DNA of 49,611 nt from Actinomycetota bacterium (GTDB lineage: Bacteria; Actinomycetota; Acidimicrobiia; Acidimicrobiales; CADCSY01). Under the pieces are notes generated by a model, which saw only the letters and a list, made by a program, of their open reading frames with translations, had not been told where the DNA came from and did no database searches. Shown one piece after another: positions 41,493-49,611 of this stretch (positions are counted from its first letter, which is position 1; every line of letters begins with the position of its first letter). A program made the position numbers and the translations under genes. The DNA lies in NCBI GenBank assembly GCA_019348555.1, contig JAHWJH010000002.1, forward strand, positions 1 through 49,611. The letters run 5' to 3'.

Positions 41493-42790
41493 GGCGCCGA
41501 GGTGGTCGCCGGCGGCCCGATCCCAGGCCCTCGAAGTGAGGCGACGATGATCCAGACCAGGGCGGCGGCGCGGAGGGCGACGGCCACCCCGAGCAGCCCA
41601 TAGTCGAGCGGTGGCTCCTCCCCGGCTCGCCCCCCCAGGTAGGCGAACTCGGCGGCGAACACGGCCAGGTCGGCGACGACGAAGACGGCGAACGGGGCTA
41701 CCCGGGGAAGGAGGAGGGCGAGCAGGGGGATCAGCCACAGGTCGTACTGCGGCGAGAACACCTTGTTGGTCACGAGGAACCAGGCGAGCAGCGGCAGCAG
41801 CAGCGTCCAGGTCGTCGCCGGGCGGCGCCGTCTGAGGCCGATGGCGAGCACGACCAGGGCGCCGGCGGCGAATGCCAGGGCGCTGGCGCGGTTGAGCGCC
41901 TGGCGGTCGAGGGCCACGCCACCGAGCTGGTCAGCCACCGCCCAGAGCGTGGACCAGCTGGCGCCCCGCTCGCGATTCACCTCGAAGAAGCGGCTCCACC
42001 CTTCCGGAGCGACGAAGGCCAGGGGGACGTTCACCGCCGCCCAGGCCACAGCGGCGCCGGCGATGTGGTGGCCGGCGGCGCGCCAGTTCCGCTGGCGCAG
42101 GCGCGCAGCCACGACCAGCGGGACGAGCAGGACGGGAAACAGCTTGGCGGCGGCGCCGAGCCCCGCCGCCACGCCGGCCGCCCCATCCCGCCCGTCCACG
42201 TGCAGAGCGACGGCGAGCACGGTGAGCAGCACCGGGAGCGGGTCCCAGTTCAAGGAGGCGTAGAGGACCAGAGGTGGCGCCCCCGCCCACCACAACTGCC
42301 TGCTGGTGGGCAGCTTCAACCGCCGCAGGATGAACAGGGTGGCCACCACGAACGCTGCGTTGAGCCCTGCATTGAGGTTGTAGAAGACCAGAACGCCGCC
42401 GCCCCAGGCCCTGGTGACCAGCGCCGTGGACCACATCTGCAGACCGATCAGGGGTGGGTACTCGAGCGGCTGATCGATGTAGGGGATGCGCCCGTCGGCG
42501 AGACCTCGGCCCGACCACAAGGCGACCAGGTCGCTGTAGCAATACTGGCGGAACTGCTCCCCGCCTTCCCAGCCCCCGTCGAAGATGCAGTGGCCCTTCG
42601 ACCACCAGCCGAGCACGAGGGCAACCCCGACGACTGCCAACGGGGCCCCACCGACGCGGCGATCGCGCTGTTCGGAACCATCCGACCTGGCCGCCTCCGA
42701 CGTTCCGCGCTTCAGCGACAGGCTCGGACGCGGCACAGTCCGGCGAGGATAGCGAGGGCGCCTTCGCCGCCTGAGGGGCTCCTCCCTCAC
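41285..42790 (-). CDS. GT87/DUF2029-family polytopic membrane glycosyltransferase (second, divergent paralogue)
   Basis: 501 aa. CYSDLVALWSGRGLADGRIPYIDQPLEYPPLIG and AAKLFPVLLV are typical of GT87. The C-terminal 70 aa or so are antisense to pmt and look non-native. The GTG start at 42790 is uncertain. Confidence 0.7.
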   Translation of the reverse strand: MREEPLRRRRRPRYPRRTVPRPSLSLKRGTSEAARSDGSEQRDRRVGGAPLAVVGVALVLGWWSKGHCIFDGGWEGGEQFRQYCYSDLVALWSGRGLADGRIPYIDQPLEYPPLIGLQMWSTALVTRAWGGGVLVFYNLNAGLNAAFVVATLFILRRLKLPTSRQLWWAGAPPLVLYASLNWDPLPVLLTVLAVALHVDGRDGAAGVAAGLGAAAKLFPVLLVPLVVAARLRQRNWRAAGHHIAGAAVAWAAVNVPLAFVAPEGWSRFFEVNRERGASWSTLWAVADQLGGVALDRQALNRASALAFAAGALVVLAIGLRRRRPATTWTLLLPLLAWFLVTNKVFSPQYDLWLIPLLALLLPRVAPFAVFVVADLAVFAAEFAYLGGRAGEEPPLDYGLLGVAVALRAAALVWIIVASLRGPGIGPPATTSAPQRQESSHMRASSTDRGSSTPDQIGRKYTSATRASPATPPGNHRSRLDASARMQRWATLMATKGTRGVA

Positions 42791-42816
42791 CGCATCGGCC
42801 AGGGAAGGTCGGCCGC

Positions 42817-42948
42817 GTAACCGATCCGCACCTCGTGCGTTTCATGGAGTGGAAGGGTGTCAACGCCCACCACGGGGGAGGGTGTGCCATGCCGCCTGAG
42901 CGGGTGTCGGGAGTGAGCGGTACGAGAACCTCTCGCCGTACTTCTTGA
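42817..42948 (+). promoter_or_regulatory. Conserved intergenic element, copy B: ECF-type promoter motif, leader, strong Shine-Dalgarno sequence and 19-codon uORF
   Basis: GTAAC (42817-21), 16 nt, CGTTT (42838-42). The reverse strand reads TGAAAC, 16 nt, GGTTAC. GGGGGAGGG lies 6 nt before the ATG at 42889 (MPPERVSGVSGTRTSRRTS, stop at 42946-48, 12 nt before the lipoprotein ATG). Confidence 0.55.
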
Positions 42949-42960
42949 AAGGACTCGATC

Positions 42961-43218
42961 ATGAACTCGTTCTGGAACAAGGCCGCCGTGGGCGTGCTCG
43001 CCGCCGGCCTCTCGCTGGGGGCCACCGCCTGCGACGGGGACGGCGAAGGCACGGTCGAGGTGACCGAGACCGAACTGGACACCGAGCTCGAGATCGAGAC
43101 CGAGACCGCCACGGAGACCGTGGAGCCGACCGAGACCGAGACCGAGACGGTGACCGAAGAGGTCGCCACCGAGACCGGCACCATCACCGAGACGGAGACG
43201 GAGTTCCAGCCCCGGTAG
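42961..43218 (+). CDS. 85-aa Thr/Glu-repeat lipoprotein (copy 2)
   Basis: MNSFWNKAAVGVLAAGLSLGATAC followed by DGDGEGTVEVTETELDTELEIETETATETVEPTETETETVTEEVATETGTITETETEFQPR. By manual alignment, 73 of 85 residues are identical to copy 1. Confidence 0.8.
   Translation: MNSFWNKAAVGVLAAGLSLGATACDGDGEGTVEVTETELDTELEIETETATETVEPTETETETVTEEVATETGTITETETEFQPR
43129..43146 (+). repeat. In-frame (ACCGAG)x3 tandem repeat inside lipoprotein gene copy 2
   Basis: Three perfect units. The unit that is perfect in copy 1 reads ACGGTG here. Confidence 0.9.
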
Positions 43219-43265
43219 TCGGGCGGTTCTGACGCCGGTTGGGCGCTGCTCGCTAGCGTCGTGGC

Positions 43266-43700
43266 GTGGAGCGCCTGGTGATCGCCGCCGTCCTGGTGGC
43301 CCTCGCCGTGGTGGTGGCGGTGGTGCTCGACCGGCGCCGGCCCGACGCCCCGACCCAGGCCCGCTGGGCCGTGCCCACGCAGCTCGACCGGGGCGACTTC
43401 GCCCGCCCGGAGGCGCCTTGGCTGGTGGCGGTGTTCACCTCGGCGACCTGTGACTCCTGTGCCGGCGTGGTGGCGAAGGCCGTCCCGCTCGACGGTGGCG
43501 AGGTCGTCGTCCAGGAGGTGGAGATCGGCGCCGACCCGGCCCTGCACCGCCGCTACGGCATCGACGCCGTGCCGTGCCTGGTGGTGGCCGACGCCGAGGG
43601 CGTGGTGCGGGCCAGCTTCGTGGGGCCGCCCACGGCGACCGACCTGTGGGCGACGCTCGCCGACCTCCGGCGGGACGACGCGGCCAGAGCCGGCGACTAG
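43266..43700 (+). CDS. Membrane-anchored thioredoxin-fold protein (CxxC)
   Basis: 144 aa, GTG start. N-terminal helix LVIAAVLVALAVVVAVVL. WLVAVFTSATCDSCAG is the CxxC motif in a Trx-like context, and IDAVPCLVV is the cis-Pro loop region. Confidence 0.65.
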   Translation: MERLVIAAVLVALAVVVAVVLDRRRPDAPTQARWAVPTQLDRGDFARPEAPWLVAVFTSATCDSCAGVVAKAVPLDGGEVVVQEVEIGADPALHRRYGIDAVPCLVVADAEGVVRASFVGPPTATDLWATLADLRRDDAARAGD

Positions 43701-43716
43701 GAGCGCGCAGGAGCCT

Positions 43717-45675
43717 CTAGGAGCGGGCGGGACGAAGCTCGGCGGGCGCGGCGGAGGCCACCGAACCGGCACCGTCGGAACCGGCCCCGTTGGCGGCAGC
43801 CCGTTGCGCCTCGTCGATCAGGCGGGTCACCTCCGCGCCGTCGATCGTCTCGTGCTCGAGGAGGGCGGCGGCCACGGCGTCGAGGCCTGGCCGGTAGTGG
43901 CGCAGCGTGTCGCGGCAACGGTCTTCCTGCTCACGCAGGATGCGCTCGACCTCCTCGTCGATCACCCTGGCGGTCTCGTCGGAGTACTCCCTGCTGTGCA
44001 TGAGGTCCTCCCCGAGGAAGACCTGGCCCTGGCCACCCCAGGCCATGGGCCCGATCCGTTCGCTCATGCCCCACTCGCGCACCATCTTGCGGCTGAGCTC
44101 GGTGGCCCCCATCAGGTCGTTGTTGGCGCCGGTGGAGATGACGCCGAACACCAACTCCTCGGAGATGCGCCCGCCCAGGCGCACGACCAGCGAGTCCTCG
44201 ATGTAGTCCTGGCGGTAGAGGTGGCGCTCCTCGGGCAGCTGCTGGGTCACGCCGAGCGCCATGCCGCTCGGCAGGATGGTCACCTTGTGCAGAGGGTCGG
44301 CGTGGGGGAGCACGGCGGCGCACACGGCGTGGCCGCCCTCGTGGTAGGCGACGATCTCCTTCTCCACGTCGGACAGCGCCATCGACTCCCGGCGCTGGCC
44401 CATGAGCATCCGGTCGCGCGCCGACTCGAAGTCCTCCATGTGGACCTGCTTGGCGTCGCGGCGCACGGCGAACAGAGCCGCCTCGTTCACCAGGTTCGAC
44501 AGATCGGCGCCGCTCATCCCCGGTGTGCCCTTGGCCACGGTCACCAGGTCGACGTCGTCGGCCAGCTTCTTGTCCTTGCTGTGGACGTGGAGGATGGCGA
44601 GGCGCTCCTCGCACTCGGGCAGGGGAACGACCACCTGGCGGTCGAACCGGCCCGGGCGCAACAGGGCGGGGTCGAGGATGTCGGGGCGGTTGGTGGCGGC
44701 CATCATCACGATGCCCTCGGTCGCCTCGAAGCCGTCCATCTCCGACAGCATCTGGTTGAGGGTCTGCTCGCGCTCGTCGTGGCCGCCGCCCAGGCCCGCC
44801 CCGCGCTTTCGCCCGATGGAGTCGATCTCGTCGACGAAGATGATGGCCCTGCCCATCTTGCGGGCCGACTGGAACAGGTCGCGGACCCGGCTGGCGCCCA
44901 CGCCGACGAACATCTCCATGAAGTCCGAGCCGGTGACCGACAGGAACGGCACGCCGGCCTCACCGGCCACCGCCCGGGCGATGAGGGTCTTGCCGGTCCC
45001 CGGCGGGCCCACCAGCAGGACCCCCTTGGGGATGCGTGCGCCGATGGTGGCGAATCGCTCGGGCGACTTGAGGAAATCGACCACCTCGGTGATCTCCTGC
45101 TTGACGCCCTCGTAGCCGGCCACGTCGGCGAAGGTGGTTCCCGGCTTCTCGGTGCTGTAGGTCTTGGCCTTGGACCGCCCGATCTGCATGATGCCGCCCA
45201 TCTGGCCCTGCGTCCGGCGCTGCATGTACACGATGAAGCCGATGAGCAGCGCGACCGGCAGCAGGAACGGGATCAGTGAGGCCAGCAGGTTGGGCGTGGG
45301 GGTGCGGGTCTCGTACTTGATGTCGTTGTTCTCGAAGACCCGCGTGTCCTTGGCGAACAGCTCGGGCGTGGCGCTGCTCTGGAACTGCTCGCCGTCATTG
45401 GTCTCCGCCACGATGACGTTGGTCTGGGTGTTGTAGGTGATCGACGCCACCTCTCCCGCTTCGACGCGATCGCGCAGCTCCGAGTAGCTCACGTGGGTGC
45501 TCTCGGGAGCCGAGAAAAGACCGGTGACGAGGAAGAACGACAGGAGCAGGCCCAGCGCCGCCCACATCGCCCAGCGGGGCCATCCCTGGTCGGGTCGCCC
45601 GCCCTTGGCCCCGAAGCGGCGCGCGTCGCGGGGGTCGCGAGGCGGGTTCGGCGACTGGGGGACCATGGCCCCCAT
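43717..45675 (-). CDS. ftsH: ATP-dependent zinc metalloprotease FtsH
   Basis: ATG at 45675 (MGAMVPQ; alternative at 45666; track ORF start at 45759). Two N-terminal helices, Walker A GPPGTGKT, Walker [12 protein letters not shown] region [19 protein letters not shown], zinc site HEGGHA. Confidence 0.95.
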   Translation of the reverse strand: MGAMVPQSPNPPRDPRDARRFGAKGGRPDQGWPRWAMWAALGLLLSFFLVTGLFSAPESTHVSYSELRDRVEAGEVASITYNTQTNVIVAETNDGEQFQSSATPELFAKDTRVFENNDIKYETRTPTPNLLASLIPFLLPVALLIGFIVYMQRRTQGQMGGIMQIGRSKAKTYSTEKPGTTFADVAGYEGVKQEITEVVDFLKSPERFATIGARIPKGVLLVGPPGTGKTLIARAVAGEAGVPFLSVTGSDFMEMFVGVGASRVRDLFQSARKMGRAIIFVDEIDSIGRKRGAGLGGGHDEREQTLNQMLSEMDGFEATEGIVMMAATNRPDILDPALLRPGRFDRQVVVPLPECEERLAILHVHSKDKKLADDVDLVTVAKGTPGMSGADLSNLVNEAALFAVRRDAKQVHMEDFESARDRMLMGQRRESMALSDVEKEIVAYHEGGHAVCAAVLPHADPLHKVTILPSGMALGVTQQLPEERHLYRQDYIEDSLVVRLGGRISEELVFGVISTGANNDLMGATELSRKMVREWGMSERIGPMAWGGQGQVFLGEDLMHSREYSDETARVIDEEVERILREQEDRCRDTLRHYRPGLDAVAAALLEHETIDGAEVTRLIDEAQRAAANGAGSDGAGSVASAAPAELRPARS

Positions 45676-45816
45676 GCTACGGGCCACTTCCCGCCACCGC
45701 GGTCCACCTGGCCCCACGAGGGTCAGCCGACGAAAGAAAGGAGTGGCCGAGAGCGCCATCCTCCGGGAGAGGCACCATCCCCCACCTGGGACGCCACCGT
45801 CGCTACCGTCACAACC

Positions 45817-46119
45817 ATGTCATTCCCTTCGGGCGGGCCCCGCGGCCCGGCATTGTCGGGGTTCTCTTCGACCAGGCGCGCGACGCTCGCCCCGCGGCCT
45901 CGGCTCTGCGCTCGCCAGGGCTGTGCCGTCGAGGCCACCTCGACCATGACCTACGACTACGCCAGCCGCTGCGTGTGGCTCGACGGCTTGGATGCCGACG
46001 CCTCGCCCGCCGGCTACGACCTCTGCACCGACCACGCCGACCGCATGGCCGTCCCCAGCGGCTGGAGCCGCACCGACCGCCGGCCGGGCCCCTCGCCGTT
46101 CACGCGGGTCGCCGTCTGA
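45817..46119 (+). CDS. DUF3499 domain protein
   Basis: Last 100 codons of track ORF 45493..46119. CARQGC...TMTYDY...YDLCTDHADRMAVPSGW matches the actinobacterial DUF3499 pattern. Confidence 0.7.
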   Translation: MSFPSGGPRGPALSGFSSTRRATLAPRPRLCARQGCAVEATSTMTYDYASRCVWLDGLDADASPAGYDLCTDHADRMAVPSGWSRTDRRPGPSPFTRVAV

Positions 46120-46180
46120 GCGACACCGCCGCCTGAGCCGGTCCCGTCGGCCGACGAGGCACCGGGCACGACGGGTCATC

Positions 46181-46948
46181 GTGGGTACGGTGGGGCCCGT
46201 GCTGCCCGAGGAGCGAGTCGCCCCCGTCGGGCAGCCCCCGGACGAGCACGACGACCGGGTGCGCTGGGGGATGGGCGACGCCGTGGCCGGGACCCTCCTC
46301 GCCATCCTCGTCCCCGGCCTGGTCGTGGTGGCGGTGCTGGCAGCGAGCGGCCGCAGCGATCTCGACGGGCTCTCCCTGGGGGCGACCGCGCTGCTCCAGG
46401 TCCCGCTGTGGGCGGGGCTGCTCGGCGCCCCCCTGTGGTCCACCTACGGCAAGGGCCGTCGCAGTCTGGCCGCCGACTTCGGCCTGCGGATGCGTTGGAG
46501 CGACGTCCCCCTCGGCGTCGCCACCGGGCTGGGCGCCCAGATCGCGCTCGCCGTGGTCGTCGCCCTGCTTTACCAGGTTCTCGGCGTCGACCTCGACAAG
46601 GTCGGCACCAGCGCCGAGGCCCTCACCTCGAGCGCCACCGACGTTGTGGGGGTGGTGCTGCTCGTCGCCATCGTGGCGGTGGCGGCTCCCCTGGTCGAGG
46701 AGTTGTTCTACCGGGGCCTGTGGCTGCGCGCCGTCGAACGGAGGTGGGGCACGACCCCGGCGGTGGTGATGTCGTCGCTGCTGTTCGGTTCCATCCACTT
46801 CCAGCCCTACGACATGCCGGCGCTGGTCGGCTTCGGCCTCGTGGCCGGGGTGCTCACGGTGCGCACGGGCCGGCTGGGCCCGGCCATCTGGGCCCACGTG
46901 GCGTTCAACCTCTCGGCGGTGGTGAGCCTGCTGGCGGGCATCGGCTGA
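46181..46948 (+). CDS. CPBP family intramembrane glutamic endopeptidase (CAAX protease-like)
   Basis: GTG at 46181 (alternatives downstream). Motifs: PLVEELFYRG, LLFGSIHF and AHVAFN. Confidence 0.8.
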   Translation: MGTVGPVLPEERVAPVGQPPDEHDDRVRWGMGDAVAGTLLAILVPGLVVVAVLAASGRSDLDGLSLGATALLQVPLWAGLLGAPLWSTYGKGRRSLAADFGLRMRWSDVPLGVATGLGAQIALAVVVALLYQVLGVDLDKVGTSAEALTSSATDVVGVVLLVAIVAVAAPLVEELFYRGLWLRAVERRWGTTPAVVMSSLLFGSIHFQPYDMPALVGFGLVAGVLTVRTGRLGPAIWAHVAFNLSAVVSLLAGIG

Positions 46949-46991
46949 ACATCGCAGCCGCCCGTACGCCGTCATCAAGTCGTCACTCAAG

Positions 46992-47237
46992 GTGGCGGCG
47001 TGGTCTGCCGACACCGCGGGAGTGCCCCCCGCCAGCCCCGGTTCACCGTGCCCTCGGTGCTCAGGCCCCCTCGTGACGATCTCGGTCAGGCGCGGGTCGT
47101 CCACCATCGACATGCGCTCGTGCGCCACGTGCCACCGTCGCACCTGGGTCCGCGACGGCGAGGACCTCGACCTCGAGGCGGTCCTGGGCGCCATGGCGTC
47201 GGATCCACCCGCCACCCGCCGCCCCCGAAGGCGCTGA
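46992..47237 (+). CDS. Small zinc-ribbon protein (zf-TFIIB-like)
   Basis: 81 aa. CPRCSGPL...IDMRSCATCHRRTWVRDGEDL follows the CxxC...CxxC...W-x-D-x-E-L pattern of PF13453-type zinc ribbons. The start is uncertain. Confidence 0.5.
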   Translation: MAAWSADTAGVPPASPGSPCPRCSGPLVTISVRRGSSTIDMRSCATCHRRTWVRDGEDLDLEAVLGAMASDPPATRRPRRR

Positions 47238-47280
47238 ACCCGAGGCACGCATCGTCACCGTCGATGGCAGGATGGGGGCC

Positions 47281-49503
47281 ATGATCGAGCGCGTCCGCCG
47301 TCGGCCCGCGCACGAGGTCGTGACGTTCGCCATGGTTGCGGTGGCGGTGGGGTTCACGCTCTTGCAACTGCAGCCCGGCCTGCTGCTCACCGACAGCCTG
47401 CCCGCAGGTGGCGACATGGGCGCCCACGTGTGGGGGCCGGCGTTCCTGCGCGATCACCTCCTGAGCCAGGGTCGCCTGAGCGGGTGGTCGCCCGACTGGT
47501 ACGCCGGGTTCCCCGCCTACCACTTCTACATGGTGGTGCCCAGCCTGCTCATCGTCGCCCTCGACGTGGTGCTGCCCTACACCATCGCCTTCAAGCTGAT
47601 CTCGGTGTCGGGTCTGTTGGCGCTGCCGGTGGCGGCGTGGGCGCTCGGGCGACTGGGGCGACTTCCCTTCCCGGGCCCGGGCCTCCTGGCGGTGGCCACC
47701 GTGCCGTTCATCTTCGACCGGTCGTTCACCATCTACGGCGGCAACGCCGCCTCCACCCTCGCCGGTGAGTTCGCCTTCAGCATCAGCCTCGCTCTAGCCG
47801 TGCTGTTCCTGGGCCTGGTGCTCAGAGGCCTCGAGACCGGGCGCCACCGGGCCATCGCCGCCCTGGTGCTCGCCTTGTGCGCCCTGTGCCACGTCATCCC
47901 CGCCATCTTCGCCGTCGTCGGCGGCGGCCTCGCCCTGGTGCTGCGGGCCGACAGGTCCCGGCTGCGCTGGGCTCTGGGCGTCGGCGTGGTGGGCGGGTTG
48001 CTGAGCTCGTTCTGGACGGTGCCGTTCGTGGCCCGCCGGGCCTATCTCAACGACATGGGCTGGGAGAAGCTCACCACCTACTGGGAAGGGCTGTTTCCCG
48101 GGCGCCTGGGCGGATCGCTCAGCCGGGCGTTCGGGGGAGAGGGCACCGTCACGGTGGCGGGTGACCTCACCTGGGTGGCCGCGCTCGCCATCGTCGGAGT
48201 GGTCACCTCCGTGATCTTCCGCCGTCGCCTCGGGGTCTTCCTCGGTCTGCTGGCGGCGGTGTTCGCGGTGGCGTTCCTGGTGGCGCCCCAGGGGCGCCTG
48301 TGGAACGCCCGCCTCCTTCCCTTCTGGTACCTGATGCTGTACCTCCTGGCGGCGGTGGCCGTGGCCGAGTTCGTCACGTCGGCAGCGGTGCTGTTCTCCC
48401 GGCGCCCCGATCGACCGAACCGGGCGGTCACCATCGGCGCAACTGTCCTCGCCGCTCTGGCCACGTTCGTGGCGGTGGGCCTGCCGCTGCGAGCGCTGCC
48501 GTTCGGGCAGGTCTCGTCCGACGGATCGACCTACTCCTGGGCGGGGCTGAGTACCACCGACCAGAGCTTCATCCCCGGCTGGGCCCGCTGGAACTACTCC
48601 GGCTACCAGGCCAAGGCCTCCTTCCCCGAGTTCCAGGGCGTGCTCGCCACCATGGACGGCGTGGGCCGCCAGCGCGGCTGTGGCCGCGCCATGTGGGAGT
48701 ACGACAGCGACCTCGACCGCTTCGGCACGCCGATGGCGCTGATGCTCCTCCCCTACGCCACCGACGGCTGCATCGGATCGATGGAGGGCCTCTACTTCGA
48801 GGCGTCGGCCACCACGCCGTTCCACTTCCTCAACCAGTCGGAGCTGTCGAAGGAGCCGTCCCGGGCCCAGCGCGATCTGCCCTACGGGCCCCTCGACGTC
48901 GATCTCGGGGTCGACCACCTCCAGCTCCTCGGCGTCCGCTACTACATGGCGTTCTCGCCCGAGGCGGTGCAGCAGGCCGACGCCGAACCGGAGCTGACTC
49001 CGGTGGCGAGCACCGGCGCCTGGCGCATCTACGAGGTGGCCGACGCCGAGCTGGTGCAACCGCTCTCCGCCGAGCCGGTCGTGCTCAGCGACGTGCCGGC
49101 CGGGGGCAAGGGCTGGCTCGAGCCCGCCGTGGACTGGTACCTCGATCGCTCGGCGCATGACGTGTTCCTCGCCGCCGACGGACCGGCCACATGGTCGCGG
49201 ATCGAGGCCGGTGACGTCCCCGAGGCCGAGGAGGTGGCGCCCGCCCAGGTGAGCTCCGTCACCGCCACGACCGACGCCATCTCGTTCCGGGTCGACCGGC
49301 CCGGTACGCCGGTGCTGGTCAAGACCTCCTACTTCCCGAACTGGAAGGTGACCGGGGCCGAGGGGCCGTGGCGGGTCGCTCCCAACCTCATGGTCGTGGT
49401 GCCCACCGCCAACGACGTCGAGCTGCGCTACGGCACCACCTCCGTCGAGTGGGTGTCGTGGGCGCTGACCCTCGCCGGCCTGGCCGGTCTCGGTGTGCTG
49501 CGT
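47281..49503 (+). CDS. Large polytopic membrane protein with an extracytoplasmic C-terminal domain (GT-C/YfhO-like); 3' end lost in the poly-G artefact
   Basis: Not in the track because no stop codon occurs before the window end. I read the frame manually at 47281, 48652 and 49141, and all three are in phase. MIERVRRRPAHEVVTFAMVAVAVGF..GGDMGAHVWGPAFLRDHL..WSPDWYAGFPAYHFYM...; the C-terminus reads SYFPNWKVTGAEGPWRVAPNLMVVVPTANDVELRY, which resembles YfhO-like C-termini. Confidence 0.6.
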
Positions 49504-49504
49504 C

Positions 49505-49611
49505 TCATTGTAACACGGGGGCGGGGCGGGCGGGGGTGGGGCGGGCGCGACGGGGCGGGGGGGGGGGGGGGGGGGGGGGCGGTGGTGGGGGGGGGGGGGG
49601 GGGGGGGCGGG
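49505..49611. other. Poly-G/low-complexity tract at the contig end, probably a sequencing or assembly artefact
   Basis: Normal coding sequence stops abruptly at ...ctgcgtctcattgtaacac and is followed by G-runs (two runs of more than 20 G) to the last base. Confidence 0.8.

Noticed and set aside
39654-43772. Minus-strand ORFs 39654..41330 and 41931..43772, which contain VSVSVSVS repeats.
   Set aside because: The VS repeats are simply the antisense reading of the (ACCGAG)n Thr-Glu repeats. The rest of these ORFs is antisense to pmt, the GT87 gene and the thioredoxin-like gene, and is compositionally junk.
49505-49611. The G-rich tract, considered as a biological G-quadruplex or telomere-like repeat.
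   Set aside because: It sits exactly at the contig end, has no regular repeat unit and abruptly interrupts a coding frame. A sequencing artefact is far more likely.

Overview
This is a 49.6-kb, very G+C-rich window that is almost entirely coding. It carries actinobacterial signature families: Pmt/Ppm1, GT87/DUF2029, a DUF5719-like protein, DUF3499 and a TIGR03086-type DinB protein. It is most likely an Actinomycetota contig, and its right end (from about 49505) degenerates into a poly-G artefact. I call about 49 protein genes. I recognised no rRNA, tRNA, CRISPR array, transposase or integrase. Many long ORFs in the track are antisense shadow ORFs or read-throughs of upstream genes. I trimmed those to start codons that overlap the preceding stop codon (GTGA, ATGA or TGATG), a pattern that recurs about 17 times.

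Layout:
- 1-24.6 kb: a cell-envelope glycan locus. It holds GT2, GT4 and GT-C-type glycosyltransferases, the Wzm/Wzt ABC exporter, a coiled-coil methyltransferase, rmlC-rmlB-rmlD and a 1079-aa GT2-membrane fusion followed by a DUF5719-like protein.
- 24.6-33 kb: two divergent, tightly coupled operons. One is GT2, DUF2064, methyltransferase, membrane-anchored molybdoenzyme and a small membrane protein. The other is an OmpR-type regulator, a histidine kinase, an epimerase and a GT87 protein.
- 32.9-38.8 kb: an ECF sigma factor fused to its own zinc anti-sigma and transmembrane domains, divergent from a stress-type operon (holin-like DUF1469, DUF3618, YsnF, STAS, YihY, TM-helix protein).
- 38.9-43.7 kb: ppm1, an 85-aa Thr/Glu-repeat lipoprotein and pmt. 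These are followed by a second GT87 gene, a second copy of the lipoprotein gene and a thioredoxin-like protein.
- 43.7 kb to the end: ftsH, DUF3499, a CPBP protease, a zinc-ribbon protein and a large membrane protein.

Most interesting observations:
- The ppm1 / TE-repeat lipoprotein / pmt module looks like a self-contained protein O-mannosylation unit that includes its candidate substrate.
- A conserved intergenic element is duplicated (about 100 nt at 34081-34178 and about 130 nt at 42817-42948). It carries an ECF-type promoter motif, a strong Shine-Dalgarno sequence and a short conserved leader ORF. It links the fused sigma factor to the second lipoprotein copy.
- The GT2 / DUF2064 / methyltransferase / molybdoenzyme operon is uncharacterised.

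All family assignments come from motif recognition by eye. No database search was run.
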